A DNA stretch of 64,000 bases from an uncultured virus (IMG/VR IMGVR_UViG_3300020727_000702) (Duplodnaviria; Heunggongvirae; Uroviricota; Caudoviricetes): the IMG/VR virus record IMGVR_UViG_3300020727_000702, one strand, 5' to 3'. Of the stretch, positions 46,817 to 56,345 are shown piece after piece. How positions within the stretch are numbered: the first letter of the stretch is position 1; every line of letters begins with the position of its first letter. The position numbers and the translations under genes were made by a program. The notes beneath the pieces were generated by a model. That model was not told the origin of the DNA. It did no database searches and worked only from the letters and a program-made list of their open reading frames with translations.

Positions 46817-47182
46817 ATGACTTTAACTACAGAAACACTATTACCCACAACCGTTTATGGTACCCCCTCGGGAAACTATGATGGATCTAGTACTACTTTT
46901 ATTGGCAACGCTATTCCGGCTGCTAACTTTTACGGTGGACAAGGTTCCGCGCAAACTGCTATAATTGAAGTAACAGGTCTACTAGCCAATATTACAATAC
47001 AAGGCAGTTTAAATGATTGGACCGAACAGGCTGTATGGTTTGACATTGAACGTTATGGTAATACTACAGTTCCAGTCACTGAAACAACTGCTATTAATAT
47101 GGTGGGTAATTTTGTTTGGCTTCGAGCCGCTGTTACAGATTTTACCGCAGGCACCGTCAATTCAGCTAACGTAATATATTAA
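46817..47182 (+). CDS. Probable virion protein
   Basis: ITIQGSL..WFDI..GNFVWLRA; TAAATA upstream. Confidence 0.55.
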   Translation: MTLTTETLLPTTVYGTPSGNYDGSSTTFIGNAIPAANFYGGQGSAQTAIIEVTGLLANITIQGSLNDWTEQAVWFDIERYGNTTVPVTETTAINMVGNFVWLRAAVTDFTAGTVNSANVIY

Positions 47183-47195
47183 GCTAAATATTACA

Positions 47196-48020
47196 ATGCG
47201 TACTATTGTAATTTACCCCGGTCGTTATCAACCCCCACACAAAGGTCATAAATCTTCTTATGATTATTTGACAAAAAAGTTTGGTGAAAATAACGTTTTT
47301 GTAGCCACGTCAGATGTTGTTGCTCCAATGACTAGCCCTTTTAGTTATCCAGATAAAGTAGAAATGCTTGCCAAATTGGGAATTCCAGCTAGTCACATTG
47401 TGCAAGTTCGGAACCCATATCAAGCGCAGGAAATTACACGTGATATTTCTAATCCTGAAGATACAGCATTGGTATTTGCTGTATCTGAAAAAGATATGAC
47501 TGATGAAAAGCCACGTTTTACGTTTGGAGTGAAGAAAAACGGTGAGCCATCTTACATGCAACCATATCCAGAAAATGGTAAAAAATTGCAACCATTAACT
47601 AAACACGGTTATGTTATGGTAACTCCGACTACTACATTTAAAGTTAAAGGAAAAGACGCCAATTCTGCTACAGCAATACGCAAACTGTATATAGATGGAA
47701 ATGACAATGACCGTAAACAAATTATCCATGATTTATATGGTGTCGATGATTCAGCAATTAAAGATATTTTTGACAAGAAATTAGGCGTAGCTAAAAAGAC
47801 TAAAGAAGTAGTATTACAACCGCCTCCACTTGATGCCAATGTATTAGATACCCCGGCGCCATTGCAACGTGAAAATAAAAAATACCAAGCAAAAAAAGCA
47901 CGTTTATTAGAATCAACTATACTAGCTGAACGTAAAGCTGCACATTGTTATCGTTCCTATGACGAAGATTTAATACCTAATTACATAGACGAAAAAACAG
48001 GCAGAAAATTTTACCGGTGA
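47196..48020 (+). CDS. Cytidylyltransferase-like (HxGH) protein
   Basis: IYPGRYQPPHKGH..SPF..SATAIR. Confidence 0.75.
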   Translation: MRTIVIYPGRYQPPHKGHKSSYDYLTKKFGENNVFVATSDVVAPMTSPFSYPDKVEMLAKLGIPASHIVQVRNPYQAQEITRDISNPEDTALVFAVSEKDMTDEKPRFTFGVKKNGEPSYMQPYPENGKKLQPLTKHGYVMVTPTTTFKVKGKDANSATAIRKLYIDGNDNDRKQIIHDLYGVDDSAIKDIFDKKLGVAKKTKEVVLQPPPLDANVLDTPAPLQRENKKYQAKKARLLESTILAERKAAHCYRSYDEDLIPNYIDEKTGRKFYR

Positions 48021-48065
48021 TATAACTTCTGTTAAATATTAGGACATATTTTAACAGAGGAAAAA

Positions 48066-49025
48066 ATGGTATCCACAAATCAAGCAGTAGAAGCAAAAGC
48101 CCCCGAAGTAACTCCAACAACAGAAGCCCCAGCTCAACAGGCACCTGGACCCGGTCAAGTACAAATCAATATTGATTTCTTAAAAACTACTAGAGTACAC
48201 ATCTGTATGCCCTGTTACGGTGGAATGTTAACAGAATCAACTTTCATGAGCTATATTAAATGGGCTAATACTGCTCGTCAATTGGGCATTGATTGGACTA
48301 TGGAAACCATGACCAATGAGAGTTTAATCTCTCGTGCCCGTAATACTCTCACAGCCAAATTCCTCTCAAATCCAGATTCCACACATTTAATGTTTATTGA
48401 TGCTGACATTGGTTGGGAACCATGGCATTTGCTAGTTATGTTAAATCGTGATGTGGATGTTATTGGTGGACTATACCCGATGAAATCACTGCCAGTTAAA
48501 TGGTGTGTAAACGGCTTTGAAGGTGCCGAAGAAGGTCCAGATGGTTTACAAGAAGTTACTAAAACAGGCACAGGTTTCCTCTTAATGAAACGTGGAGTAT
48601 TTGAAAAATTAAATGCTCACCCAGCAGTTAAACCATTTAACTCCGATATTGGTCTCCCACCAGAGTTAAATGTGTATATGAAAACTTATTTTGACACAGC
48701 AGTTCGCGAAAATCGCTATTATAGTGAAGATTGGACATTCTGCGAAAACTGGCGCGATCTAGGTGGTAAAGTTTGGGTAGATAAACGAGTATTGCTACGT
48801 CATACTGGAACTTATGTATTTGACTTTGCTACCCAAGATCAACTGTACAAAGATTTACATGAAATTGTGGTTAACAATCAAGCACAAGCACAGACTGTAG
48901 CACAGGCTACTGGTGCGGCTCCGGCACCAGCAATGGCAGCCCCAGTTGATACTACCGCTGTTCCTGCTCCGGCTGCTCCGGCTGCTCAGGTTATAGCAAG
49001 TAGTAAGGGAAAAAAGAAAAAATAA
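48066..49025 (+). CDS. GT-A fold glycosyltransferase-like protein
   Basis: NESLISRARN, HLMFIDADI, GGLYPMK, GTGFLL and SEDWTFC motifs. Confidence 0.75.
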   Translation: MVSTNQAVEAKAPEVTPTTEAPAQQAPGPGQVQINIDFLKTTRVHICMPCYGGMLTESTFMSYIKWANTARQLGIDWTMETMTNESLISRARNTLTAKFLSNPDSTHLMFIDADIGWEPWHLLVMLNRDVDVIGGLYPMKSLPVKWCVNGFEGAEEGPDGLQEVTKTGTGFLLMKRGVFEKLNAHPAVKPFNSDIGLPPELNVYMKTYFDTAVRENRYYSEDWTFCENWRDLGGKVWVDKRVLLRHTGTYVFDFATQDQLYKDLHEIVVNNQAQAQTVAQATGAAPAPAMAAPVDTTAVPAPAAPAAQVIASSKGKKKK

Positions 49026-49047
49026 ACTGAATAGTTTATAAACGGGC

Positions 49048-49085
49048 AAAGCCGCTATCAGCAATGTTAGCGGTTTTGTTTTTTT
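49048..49085 (+). terminator. Intrinsic terminator
   Basis: AAAGCCGCTATCA-GCAA-TGTTAGCGGTTTT plus T-run. Confidence 0.7.
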
Positions 49086-49100
49086 GCACTAAATATATTA

Positions 49101-50843
49101 ATGAACATTCAAGAACTTAAATCTTATAATCTAGCCGATGCAGTAAAGTTTCATGACCATCTTAATCCTTTATTGTGGGATAGGCAAGAACATTTACACC
49201 CCGAAATAAAGGATCAATTATTAGCCATTGCCGCTGATTTTAGCGAATTTTTGGGAGTTAAAGATTTAGAACTTAAAGACATAACAATATCTGGTAGCAA
49301 TGCCGCTTATTCTTATACGCCACACTCAGACATAGATTTACACTTAATTGTTGATTTATCCAATGAAGCTAATAACGAAGTTTATCGCGAGTTATTTGAT
49401 GCTAAGAAATTTATATATAATAGCGAAAATAAAATTACCATAAAAGGTATTCCAGTTGAGTTATATGTACAAGATGCTGGACAGGCGCATCATAGTCAAG
49501 GAATTTATAGTATTTTAAATAATAATTGGATACAAGTACCTCGTAGAAAACATGCTGACATAGATGACATGAGTGTTCGTAGCAAATATCGAGATTTAAG
49601 CAAACGTATTCGAGAAGCTATCAAAACTAATTCTACAGAAAAAATGTCCGAGGTTATGGATAAAATAAGAGCTTTGCGTCAAACTGGTCTTGCTGAACAT
49701 GGAGAATTTGGTGCTGAAAATTTAGCATTCAAACTGCTCCGCAATAAAGGTGATTTAGAAAAATTATCCAAAGCTCGTAAAGCAGCAAAAAGTCAAGAAT
49801 TAAGTTTAAAAGAACGCGAACGTACGCCTACCCCAGTTGTATATGGATATAAATCTGATCGAGATTACATTGATGAAGTAGGTATTACTCCTGATGGTAC
49901 TGATCCTAGCACTTGTGAATTTACCAATGAAGGACAATTAAACGAAGTAGGTATTACGCCTGATGGTACTGATCCTAGCACTTGTGAATTTACCAATGAA
50001 AATGATAATAATCAATCAGAAACAAATATCATTGATGACTTTGTAAAATTTTGTATTGACAAATTAAAATTAGATAATCCTCCTAAATTAAGATTACGCC
50101 GAGATCCAACATGGTCACAACGCAATAAAACATTTGGAAGATTTAATCCTCAAACAGGTGAGTTAGAGGTGGCGGTAGGATCTAGACATATTATGGATAC
50201 TCTTCGTACCCTGGCACACGAACTTACACACCAACACCAGCACGAAACTATCGATATGCCAGATACAGCAGGAGAAACTGGAAGCGAGTTTGAAAATGAA
50301 GCTAATGCTCGCGCTGGCATAATTATGCGCGACTATGGTAGTATGCATCCTGAATTGTTTACTGACAATATTATTGACGAAGGATACGGAGCCATTACAC
50401 CTGCTGGCGAAAAAATTGTTAAATGGCAACAAGATAAACTTGCTGGAAAAGAATTTGCCATTCAAGGTTATAGAATTAAATTTACTGATAAAGGTCTTTT
50501 GATTTTTAAAGGTGCTGATTTAATTTTTAAAAAACCCGGAGATTATTCCAATCCTACTAATTTGGATATGACCAAGGCTAGGCGATATATTACTAATTTG
50601 TCTAGAAATTGGAAACCAGATCCTATAGTAAATGAAGCTACTGGCTATATCCCCACTGCCGCAGAAGCACATGATCCACGTTTTGAAATGGCACTTACTG
50701 TAGATATACGCCCAGGTGCGCTTGGCAAAAATGCCAATAAGTTATTATTAGATACTGATAGCCAAGGTCGTCCACAAGAACTACGTCCAGATGGCATAGT
50801 ACATCGTATGATGGAAGAATTAGAATTGTTTAAAAGGAATTAA
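49101..50843 (+). CDS. Multidomain protein: pol-beta-type nucleotidyltransferase plus Zn-metallopeptidase-like domain
   Basis: SGSNAAYSYTPHSDIDLH (GS..DxD); RTLAHELTHQHQ..ENEANARAG (HExxH..E). Confidence 0.75.
   Translation: MNIQELKSYNLADAVKFHDHLNPLLWDRQEHLHPEIKDQLLAIAADFSEFLGVKDLELKDITISGSNAAYSYTPHSDIDLHLIVDLSNEANNEVYRELFDAKKFIYNSENKITIKGIPVELYVQDAGQAHHSQGIYSILNNNWIQVPRRKHADIDDMSVRSKYRDLSKRIREAIKTNSTEKMSEVMDKIRALRQTGLAEHGEFGAENLAFKLLRNKGDLEKLSKARKAAKSQELSLKERERTPTPVVYGYKSDRDYIDEVGITPDGTDPSTCEFTNEGQLNEVGITPDGTDPSTCEFTNENDNNQSETNIIDDFVKFCIDKLKLDNPPKLRLRRDPTWSQRNKTFGRFNPQTGELEVAVGSRHIMDTLRTLAHELTHQHQHETIDMPDTAGETGSEFENEANARAGIIMRDYGSMHPELFTDNIIDEGYGAITPAGEKIVKWQQDKLAGKEFAIQGYRIKFTDKGLLIFKGADLIFKKPGDYSNPTNLDMTKARRYITNLSRNWKPDPIVNEATGYIPTAAEAHDPRFEMALTVDIRPGALGKNANKLLLDTDSQGRPQELRPDGIVHRMMEELELFKRN
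49875..50000 (+). repeat. In-frame tandem duplication (2 x 57 bp, 69-bp period)
   Basis: EVGITPDGTDPSTCEFTNE at 49875-49931 and 49944-50000; one synonymous difference. Confidence 0.95.
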
Positions 50844-50845
50844 CA

Positions 50846-52186
50846 ATGAAAGCTCGTGAATTTATTATCGAATCTGCACAGACAACACTAGGTGGATTTA
50901 AAGTCACTCCGTTACATATTGAAGATCAAGGTGTTGAAGAATCTGACATTAGTGGGTTATTAGCAGCCGGCCAATTTAATAAACAATTTAGAATTACAGC
51001 AAATATATACGGTGTCATAAAACACTTTAAGGTCAAAGCTCAGAGCGCACGAATCGCACAACATAAAGTTGAGATTCACCACCCCGGGGCTAAAATTTTA
51101 AATGTAGAAGAAATTACAAATGAAGCTATTGGGTTAAATGCTCCACATCGCCGAATGAGTCGCGATGAGTTACAAGGTTATACCGATCGTATTAAAACTG
51201 GTACTAAGACAAAGAAAGATAGATTTGCTCCAATCATACACGGTAGCAATATCAAAGCAATTACTAAAGATGACGAAGGTACCGAATGGGATTTAGATGA
51301 TTTAGCCCGACAAATCACTACCCGCCCTCGTTCATTATTAGGCACTAATGCTAAAATGAGTAAGAGTGCTACAGAAGGCGAAATTGTTTATGACTTAACA
51401 TTGCCAGCATTAAGCGGTGTTGTTGTGGACGAGGAAACAGGCGATTTTGTAGAAATTACTACTTGCCCTGGTGCTGGTGGTTGTCAATTATTTTGTTACG
51501 CTCGTAAAGGTGGATATGTAATGTTCCCTGCTAGTAGTATGTCAGCTGCACAAGCATTAAACTTTTTAGTCAATGACCCTGCTGGATATATGGCCATGGT
51601 TAACAAAGAAATACAAGGTCTTAAAGGCAAAGCAGACAAGCATGGTATTAGATTAGTTGTACGCTGGCATGATGCTGGAGATTTCTTTAGTAAAGAATAT
51701 TTAGATCTAGCATTTAACGTTGCTCGTACTAATCCAGATGTAAAATTTTATGCTTATACAAAAATAGCCGCGGCTGCGACTGCCAACAAACCAGATAATT
51801 TTATTGTTAACTTTAGTTCGGGAAGTAAACGCGGTGAAGAAAAGCAAATTGAACTACACAAAGCTCAAGGAAACGCAGTGAAAGATGCTGTAACATTACC
51901 CAAAGACTTGTTCCGCACATTGTTTGTTACGGATGCTAAAGGCAAATATGTTAAAGATACCAAAGGTCGTACACAAGTTAAAAGTCCTGAAGCATGGGAA
52001 GAATTTAAAAAAATGCTGGCCACTAGGTATAAAATTGATCCAGCATCAATTATCACATACGATCAAATGTTAACAATTCCTGAAGGCCCTCAACCTAAGT
52101 GGAATGTGGTTATATTTCCAGCAGGACACGGAGACCGTGCTGCCAACAGATTGGATGTAATTAACAGTTTTTTAATGTTCCACTAA
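50846..52186 (+). CDS. GP88-like (Cys-cluster) protein with N-terminal extensions
   Basis: NAKMSK..LPA..TCPGAGGCQLFCYARKG..RWHDAGDF..FYAYTK. Confidence 0.7.
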   Translation: MKAREFIIESAQTTLGGFKVTPLHIEDQGVEESDISGLLAAGQFNKQFRITANIYGVIKHFKVKAQSARIAQHKVEIHHPGAKILNVEEITNEAIGLNAPHRRMSRDELQGYTDRIKTGTKTKKDRFAPIIHGSNIKAITKDDEGTEWDLDDLARQITTRPRSLLGTNAKMSKSATEGEIVYDLTLPALSGVVVDEETGDFVEITTCPGAGGCQLFCYARKGGYVMFPASSMSAAQALNFLVNDPAGYMAMVNKEIQGLKGKADKHGIRLVVRWHDAGDFFSKEYLDLAFNVARTNPDVKFYAYTKIAAAATANKPDNFIVNFSSGSKRGEEKQIELHKAQGNAVKDAVTLPKDLFRTLFVTDAKGKYVKDTKGRTQVKSPEAWEEFKKMLATRYKIDPASIITYDQMLTIPEGPQPKWNVVIFPAGHGDRAANRLDVINSFLMFH

Positions 52187-52187
52187 A

Positions 52188-53063
52188 ATGATTTTAAACG
52201 ATTTTATCCAACCTAAACTAAAGTTTAGTCGTGAAAAACTAGACGCAGTTCTTGTTGAGCTTTGCGATATGGTTATCGAAGGTCAACAAGATAATCCAGA
52301 CTTTTATGGTATGGTAGCTGCCGCGGTATTAGATCCTCGAGGTAGATTAGTCACTGGTGTAAATTATCTATATGGAAATTCAAGAATCCATGCTGAACGA
52401 GCAGCCATAGACAAGTATGAAGAAGAGTATGGAGAATTGCCAAAAGGCAGTATTGTAATTACTACACTGAGCCCATGCTGTGAAGATACTGGCGATAATC
52501 GCTATGGTGTTAGCTGTACAGATTTATTAAATGAAAAACATGTCAAATTAGCCTATTGTGGGTATCAAGATCCCACACAGGACAGTAAAAATAGTTTTAT
52601 AGTTATTGTCACTGAAAATGAAAAATTAAAATCACTCTGTAAAAAATTTGCTGATACATTTTTGGACAAAGGCATTACTGAAAGTGCTGAATCAAGTCGT
52701 GCCCAACAGTTTATTGACAGCGTATATAGTCAGTATCCAGATTGGCCTTATGGCCAAGCAGATAAAGTTATGGTATGGGGTGAGGGCGAAGATCAACAAT
52801 TTGCCGCGTTCAAACTTAAACCTGGAACGGCACCTGACACAGTAGAAATAGATTGGATTATGGCTGGCCCCGAACAGCGCAAAGGCGTTGGTAGTCGCGC
52901 TATTAAAGAATTACAGCGACAAGCAAAAGAGGCCGGTATCAAATTAACATTATACCCTTGGGCTAAAGGCAATGTAAGTCAAGCATCACTGACTAGGTTA
53001 TACAAACGTCATGGATTTAAACCTGTCGCAAAAGGTGCTAAGCCAATGCGCTGGAACTGCTAA
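52188..53063 (+). CDS. Zn-dependent deaminase fused to GNAT acetyltransferase
   Basis: IHAERAAI..TLSPC..C; PEQRKGVGSRAI..LYKRHGF. Confidence 0.75.
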   Translation: MILNDFIQPKLKFSREKLDAVLVELCDMVIEGQQDNPDFYGMVAAAVLDPRGRLVTGVNYLYGNSRIHAERAAIDKYEEEYGELPKGSIVITTLSPCCEDTGDNRYGVSCTDLLNEKHVKLAYCGYQDPTQDSKNSFIVIVTENEKLKSLCKKFADTFLDKGITESAESSRAQQFIDSVYSQYPDWPYGQADKVMVWGEGEDQQFAAFKLKPGTAPDTVEIDWIMAGPEQRKGVGSRAIKELQRQAKEAGIKLTLYPWAKGNVSQASLTRLYKRHGFKPVAKGAKPMRWNC

Positions 53064-53666
53064 ATGAGATTTTTTGAAATAGCCCGCATACCAAAAAGCC
53101 AATTAGATGGGTGGGGCGATGCAGATACCATAACCCCACAGCAAGAACCTGTAGGTTCAAAACCCTTGCCAGGTGGTAGTGGATACAAATATCACGTAAA
53201 TCGCAAAGGCAACGATAATATAGAAATTACTTTGTATGACAAAGGAGAAATTATTGCCGAATTAGATTTAGAAGAATTAGGAGCTCCCATTCCACTTTGG
53301 CGAGTTGAAACTGTTGTTGCTACTCCCGAATATCAAGGTCGAGGCTTAGGTATGGCATTATATGGTATAGCATTAAGTATATTAAAATTAACTCTAGTAG
53401 CAGGCGAAACACAAACTCAACACGGTGCTCGCCAATGGCTTAAACTAAGTCAGATACCCGGTGTAGAAGTTATGGGTATGAAAACTGCTCCTAAAAAAGA
53501 TTATAACCCTGGACCAGATAATCAAGTATTATGGTCGGGACCTGAATACCATACATATACTTTCCCTGTAGCACAAGGATCTAAATCAATGAAAAGTGCC
53601 CAGCGCGGTAATGGAATATATAATTCAGCTGGCGCATCTATGATTGCCAAATGGACTGGCAAATAA
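53064..53666 (+). CDS. GNAT acetyltransferase-like protein
   Basis: VVATPEYQGRGLGMALY..QTQHGARQW. Confidence 0.7.
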   Translation: MRFFEIARIPKSQLDGWGDADTITPQQEPVGSKPLPGGSGYKYHVNRKGNDNIEITLYDKGEIIAELDLEELGAPIPLWRVETVVATPEYQGRGLGMALYGIALSILKLTLVAGETQTQHGARQWLKLSQIPGVEVMGMKTAPKKDYNPGPDNQVLWSGPEYHTYTFPVAQGSKSMKSAQRGNGIYNSAGASMIAKWTGK

Positions 53667-53695
53667 TACTAAAAATATAATACGCTAAATACAGT

Positions 53696-53983
53696 ATGAC
53701 AAAACAATTTGTTCGCATACTGAGTAATATTGACTGTGATTGGGAAGGTTTATCTCCCACATACAGACTATATGTTAACGATGAGTTATTTTCTGAACGT
53801 ACTTGGCGCTGGACCGATAAAGTTTTACAGGAAAATTTACAAGTTGAGGCAGAACCTGGAATTTATGAATTAAAATATGAGCTGGTACCTCCTCATTTAG
53901 CCACTTTTAAAGTGGGCAGTTTATCTGTAGCTTATGGGCCAGCTGAGATCGTCGACAACACACATTTTAGGATTACAGCATGA
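53696..53983 (+). CDS. Hypothetical protein
   Basis: YRLYVNDELFSERTW; CTAAATA upstream. Confidence 0.6.
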   Translation: MTKQFVRILSNIDCDWEGLSPTYRLYVNDELFSERTWRWTDKVLQENLQVEAEPGIYELKYELVPPHLATFKVGSLSVAYGPAEIVDNTHFRITA

Positions 53984-54186
53984 GATTACATGAATTTGTT
54001 AATTTGCAAGAAGAGGCATCAGTTGGGGCAACTGCTAGCGGCAGTGTTGCCACTGTAGCAATGCCGCTAGGCGCTGTACAAAGAAGAATACCAGCAGATT
54101 CATTTTTTATCGGAGTTGAAACTATAGATTCTACTCCTAATACTCCTAAAGAGTATAAAACATATAAGGAAAAATCTAAAGTTTAA
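53980..54186 (+). CDS. Small hypothetical (probable internal head) protein
   Basis: MRLHEFVNLQEEASVGATASGSVA. Confidence 0.55.
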   Translation: MRLHEFVNLQEEASVGATASGSVATVAMPLGAVQRRIPADSFFIGVETIDSTPNTPKEYKTYKEKSKV

Positions 54187-54562
54187 CCAATTTATTTCTT
54201 GATTTATTTCTTTGTATTGAACCAACACCACGATAATACCCCTCAGGGCATCTATCTGATTTAACACTATCTCTTCCTTTAACGCCGCCCGGCCCTCCCC
54301 CTGTTTCAGGTATACGATTTGCCCAATTATTGCTTTCGGCAACATTCCATAATTTGCTGTAGTATCTTCCAGCAGATTTCATTTCTTCTTTATTATCAGT
54401 TTCTAATAAAATTTCGGTATCGACGTCATAACCATAATCTTGTATATGCAAAGTCCAATCAACACCCGAACCTTCATATTTAAATGGATTTTTAGATGGT
54501 TGACCTAAATATTGTAACCCTGTTATTCTGCGAGTCTTTTTGTAGAGATAGTAAATACTCAT
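54176..54562 (-). mobile_element. Short, possibly degenerate GIY-YIG homing endonuclease gene
   Basis: YYLYKKTRRITGLQYLGQ..YEGSGVDW..WANRIPETG; antisense to its neighbours; very short C-terminus. Confidence 0.7.
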
Positions 54563-54630
54563 GCTGATTGCTCCTTTAAAGCATTAGGGTAGTTGGGGAT
54601 TACAGTCCCGCGAACTACACTTCTATTTAG
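54563..54630 (-). ncRNA. Structured 5' leader, copy 2 (with late promoter)
   Basis: CTAAATA..GTAGTT-CGC-GGGA-CTGTAA-TCCC-C-AACTAC..GCTTTAAAGGAGCAATCAGC-ATG. Confidence 0.75.
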
Positions 54631-54646
54631 TTAATTTAACTAAATA
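54624..54646. promoter_or_regulatory. Back-to-back divergent late promoters
   Basis: Palindrome TATTTAGTTAA-T-TTAACTAAATA. Confidence 0.6.
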
Positions 54647-54671
54647 ATAGATAATATATAAAGGATTTATA

Positions 54672-55112
54672 ATGCTTGCTGAATTATTAAAAGTGCTACT
54701 TGCTTCTACATTTACTTATTACCTTAAAGCACACTTTTTTCATTGGTCAGTAGAAGGCAAAGACTTCTATCAATATCACAAATTCCTACAAAAAATCTAC
54801 GAAGATGCTTACGGGGCTGTAGATACTATTGCGGAATTTATTCGCACACTAGACGAATATGCCCCGGGAAGCCTAACTCGTTATCAAGAACTATCACGTA
54901 TTCAAGATCAAACTAAAGTGCCAAGAGCACAACTAATGATAGAAGAGTTATTGCATGACTCACATATTATGATTGAACTTCTCAATGAATGTTTTGCTGC
55001 TGCCACAGCAGAAAATAAACAAGACATCGCAAATTTTATTGCTGAAAGATTAACTGCTACTAATAAGTATATCTGGATGCTATCAAGTTTTTTAAAAGAA
55101 TCTAGAGAGTGA
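54672..55112 (+). CDS. dps: Dps/ferritin-like DNA protection protein
   Basis: KAHFFHWSVEGKDFYQYHKFLQKIYE..VDTIAEFIRTL..WML. Confidence 0.85.
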   Translation: MLAELLKVLLASTFTYYLKAHFFHWSVEGKDFYQYHKFLQKIYEDAYGAVDTIAEFIRTLDEYAPGSLTRYQELSRIQDQTKVPRAQLMIEELLHDSHIMIELLNECFAAATAENKQDIANFIAERLTATNKYIWMLSSFLKESRE

Positions 55113-55113
55113 T

Positions 55114-56343
55114 ATGGATAATGAATTTTACAGCATAGTAGAAAAATTAGCTATTCTTGAAGGACGTATTGCTCCCAAGGATAAAGAAACATTGTCTGCG
55201 GCAAAACAAAAGAAGCCAGCACTTTTTAATAATTTAAAAAAAGCTGATGAAAATGTTATACCTGATGTTGGCGGCGTTCCTGTTGCTGAAGCTAATATGG
55301 AAGAAGATGTAGTATCCAAAGTAAAAGCATCACTAGCTGATTATTTAAAATCTGCCGAAGAAGAATTAAAACAAGATTCAGATTTAATCAAAAAGAAAAA
55401 ACAAGATTTAGATCTAAAGAAAAAAGAATTAAAGGATTTAGACTTACAACAAAAAGCTCATCAAGAAGTTGACGAAGCTGATGAAGACGATGAAGACGAT
55501 GAAGAAGGTGATGACGATTTATTCTATGTTGTTTTACATGACCGCGATGATGACTCAACATTTGTTGGCGAAATTTATAAGCAAGATGGCCGTTGGCGCG
55601 AAGGCAATGTCAGTGGAAATCCTCCATATAATTGGGGTGGATCACACACTTATATGAGTTATTTGACACCTCAAGATATCTGGCAACATATTCAAAATGA
55701 TTTCCGTCGCGGGTTTGATATTGCTGGCCCATTTAGCGACCAGCAAAAAGCATTAGACTACGCAGAATATGAATTTGGAACTGAAGAATTAGACGAAGAC
55801 CACAGAAAACTTGAAGTAGGCGACCGCGTTATGGTTATGGGACCAAATCATTATCAAGGTGAATTTGCTAAGGTTGAAGAATTTAGTCCGTCAGGTAAAT
55901 TTGTTGTAGTAAAATTTGACAATGGCGATGAAGCAAGTATGCATTTATCAGATGTTGAATTTCACAATGATCAAGAAGATGTCGAAGATTGGGAAGAAGA
56001 ATTGGATGAAAACCCAACAGAAGCTCCTCCGCAATCAGCTTCAGGTGGTGGAGGGAATCCCACATACGCAGAAAGTACTACAGCGCCAGTAAAAACAGTT
56101 CATGTACCAGTGGAATGTGGCGATACTGCTATTGGCGGAGCAGGTGGAGCAGGCGGTGGCACACTATTAGTTGAACTACATGGTGATGAACGTGATGGAT
56201 TTTGTATTAAACGTGCTGGACGAGAATTACCAACAAGATTTAAAACATTAGCAGAAGCTGAATTAGCATTAGAAATGTATGTAGCGCATCGTAAGACCAA
56301 ACACGATGCTGAACAATCTACTGATTATCTTGAAGAAAAATAA
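55114..56343 (+). CDS. Modular acidic protein with SH3/KOW-like module (probable internal head protein)
   Basis: Modules separated by ILE/VAE/VDE/LDE motifs; LEVGDRVMVMGP..VKFDNG. Confidence 0.6.
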   Translation: MDNEFYSIVEKLAILEGRIAPKDKETLSAAKQKKPALFNNLKKADENVIPDVGGVPVAEANMEEDVVSKVKASLADYLKSAEEELKQDSDLIKKKKQDLDLKKKELKDLDLQQKAHQEVDEADEDDEDDEEGDDDLFYVVLHDRDDDSTFVGEIYKQDGRWREGNVSGNPPYNWGGSHTYMSYLTPQDIWQHIQNDFRRGFDIAGPFSDQQKALDYAEYEFGTEELDEDHRKLEVGDRVMVMGPNHYQGEFAKVEEFSPSGKFVVVKFDNGDEASMHLSDVEFHNDQEDVEDWEEELDENPTEAPPQSASGGGGNPTYAESTTAPVKTVHVPVECGDTAIGGAGGAGGGTLLVELHGDERDGFCIKRAGRELPTRFKTLAEAELALEMYVAHRKTKHDAEQSTDYLEEK

Positions 56344-56345
56344 AC

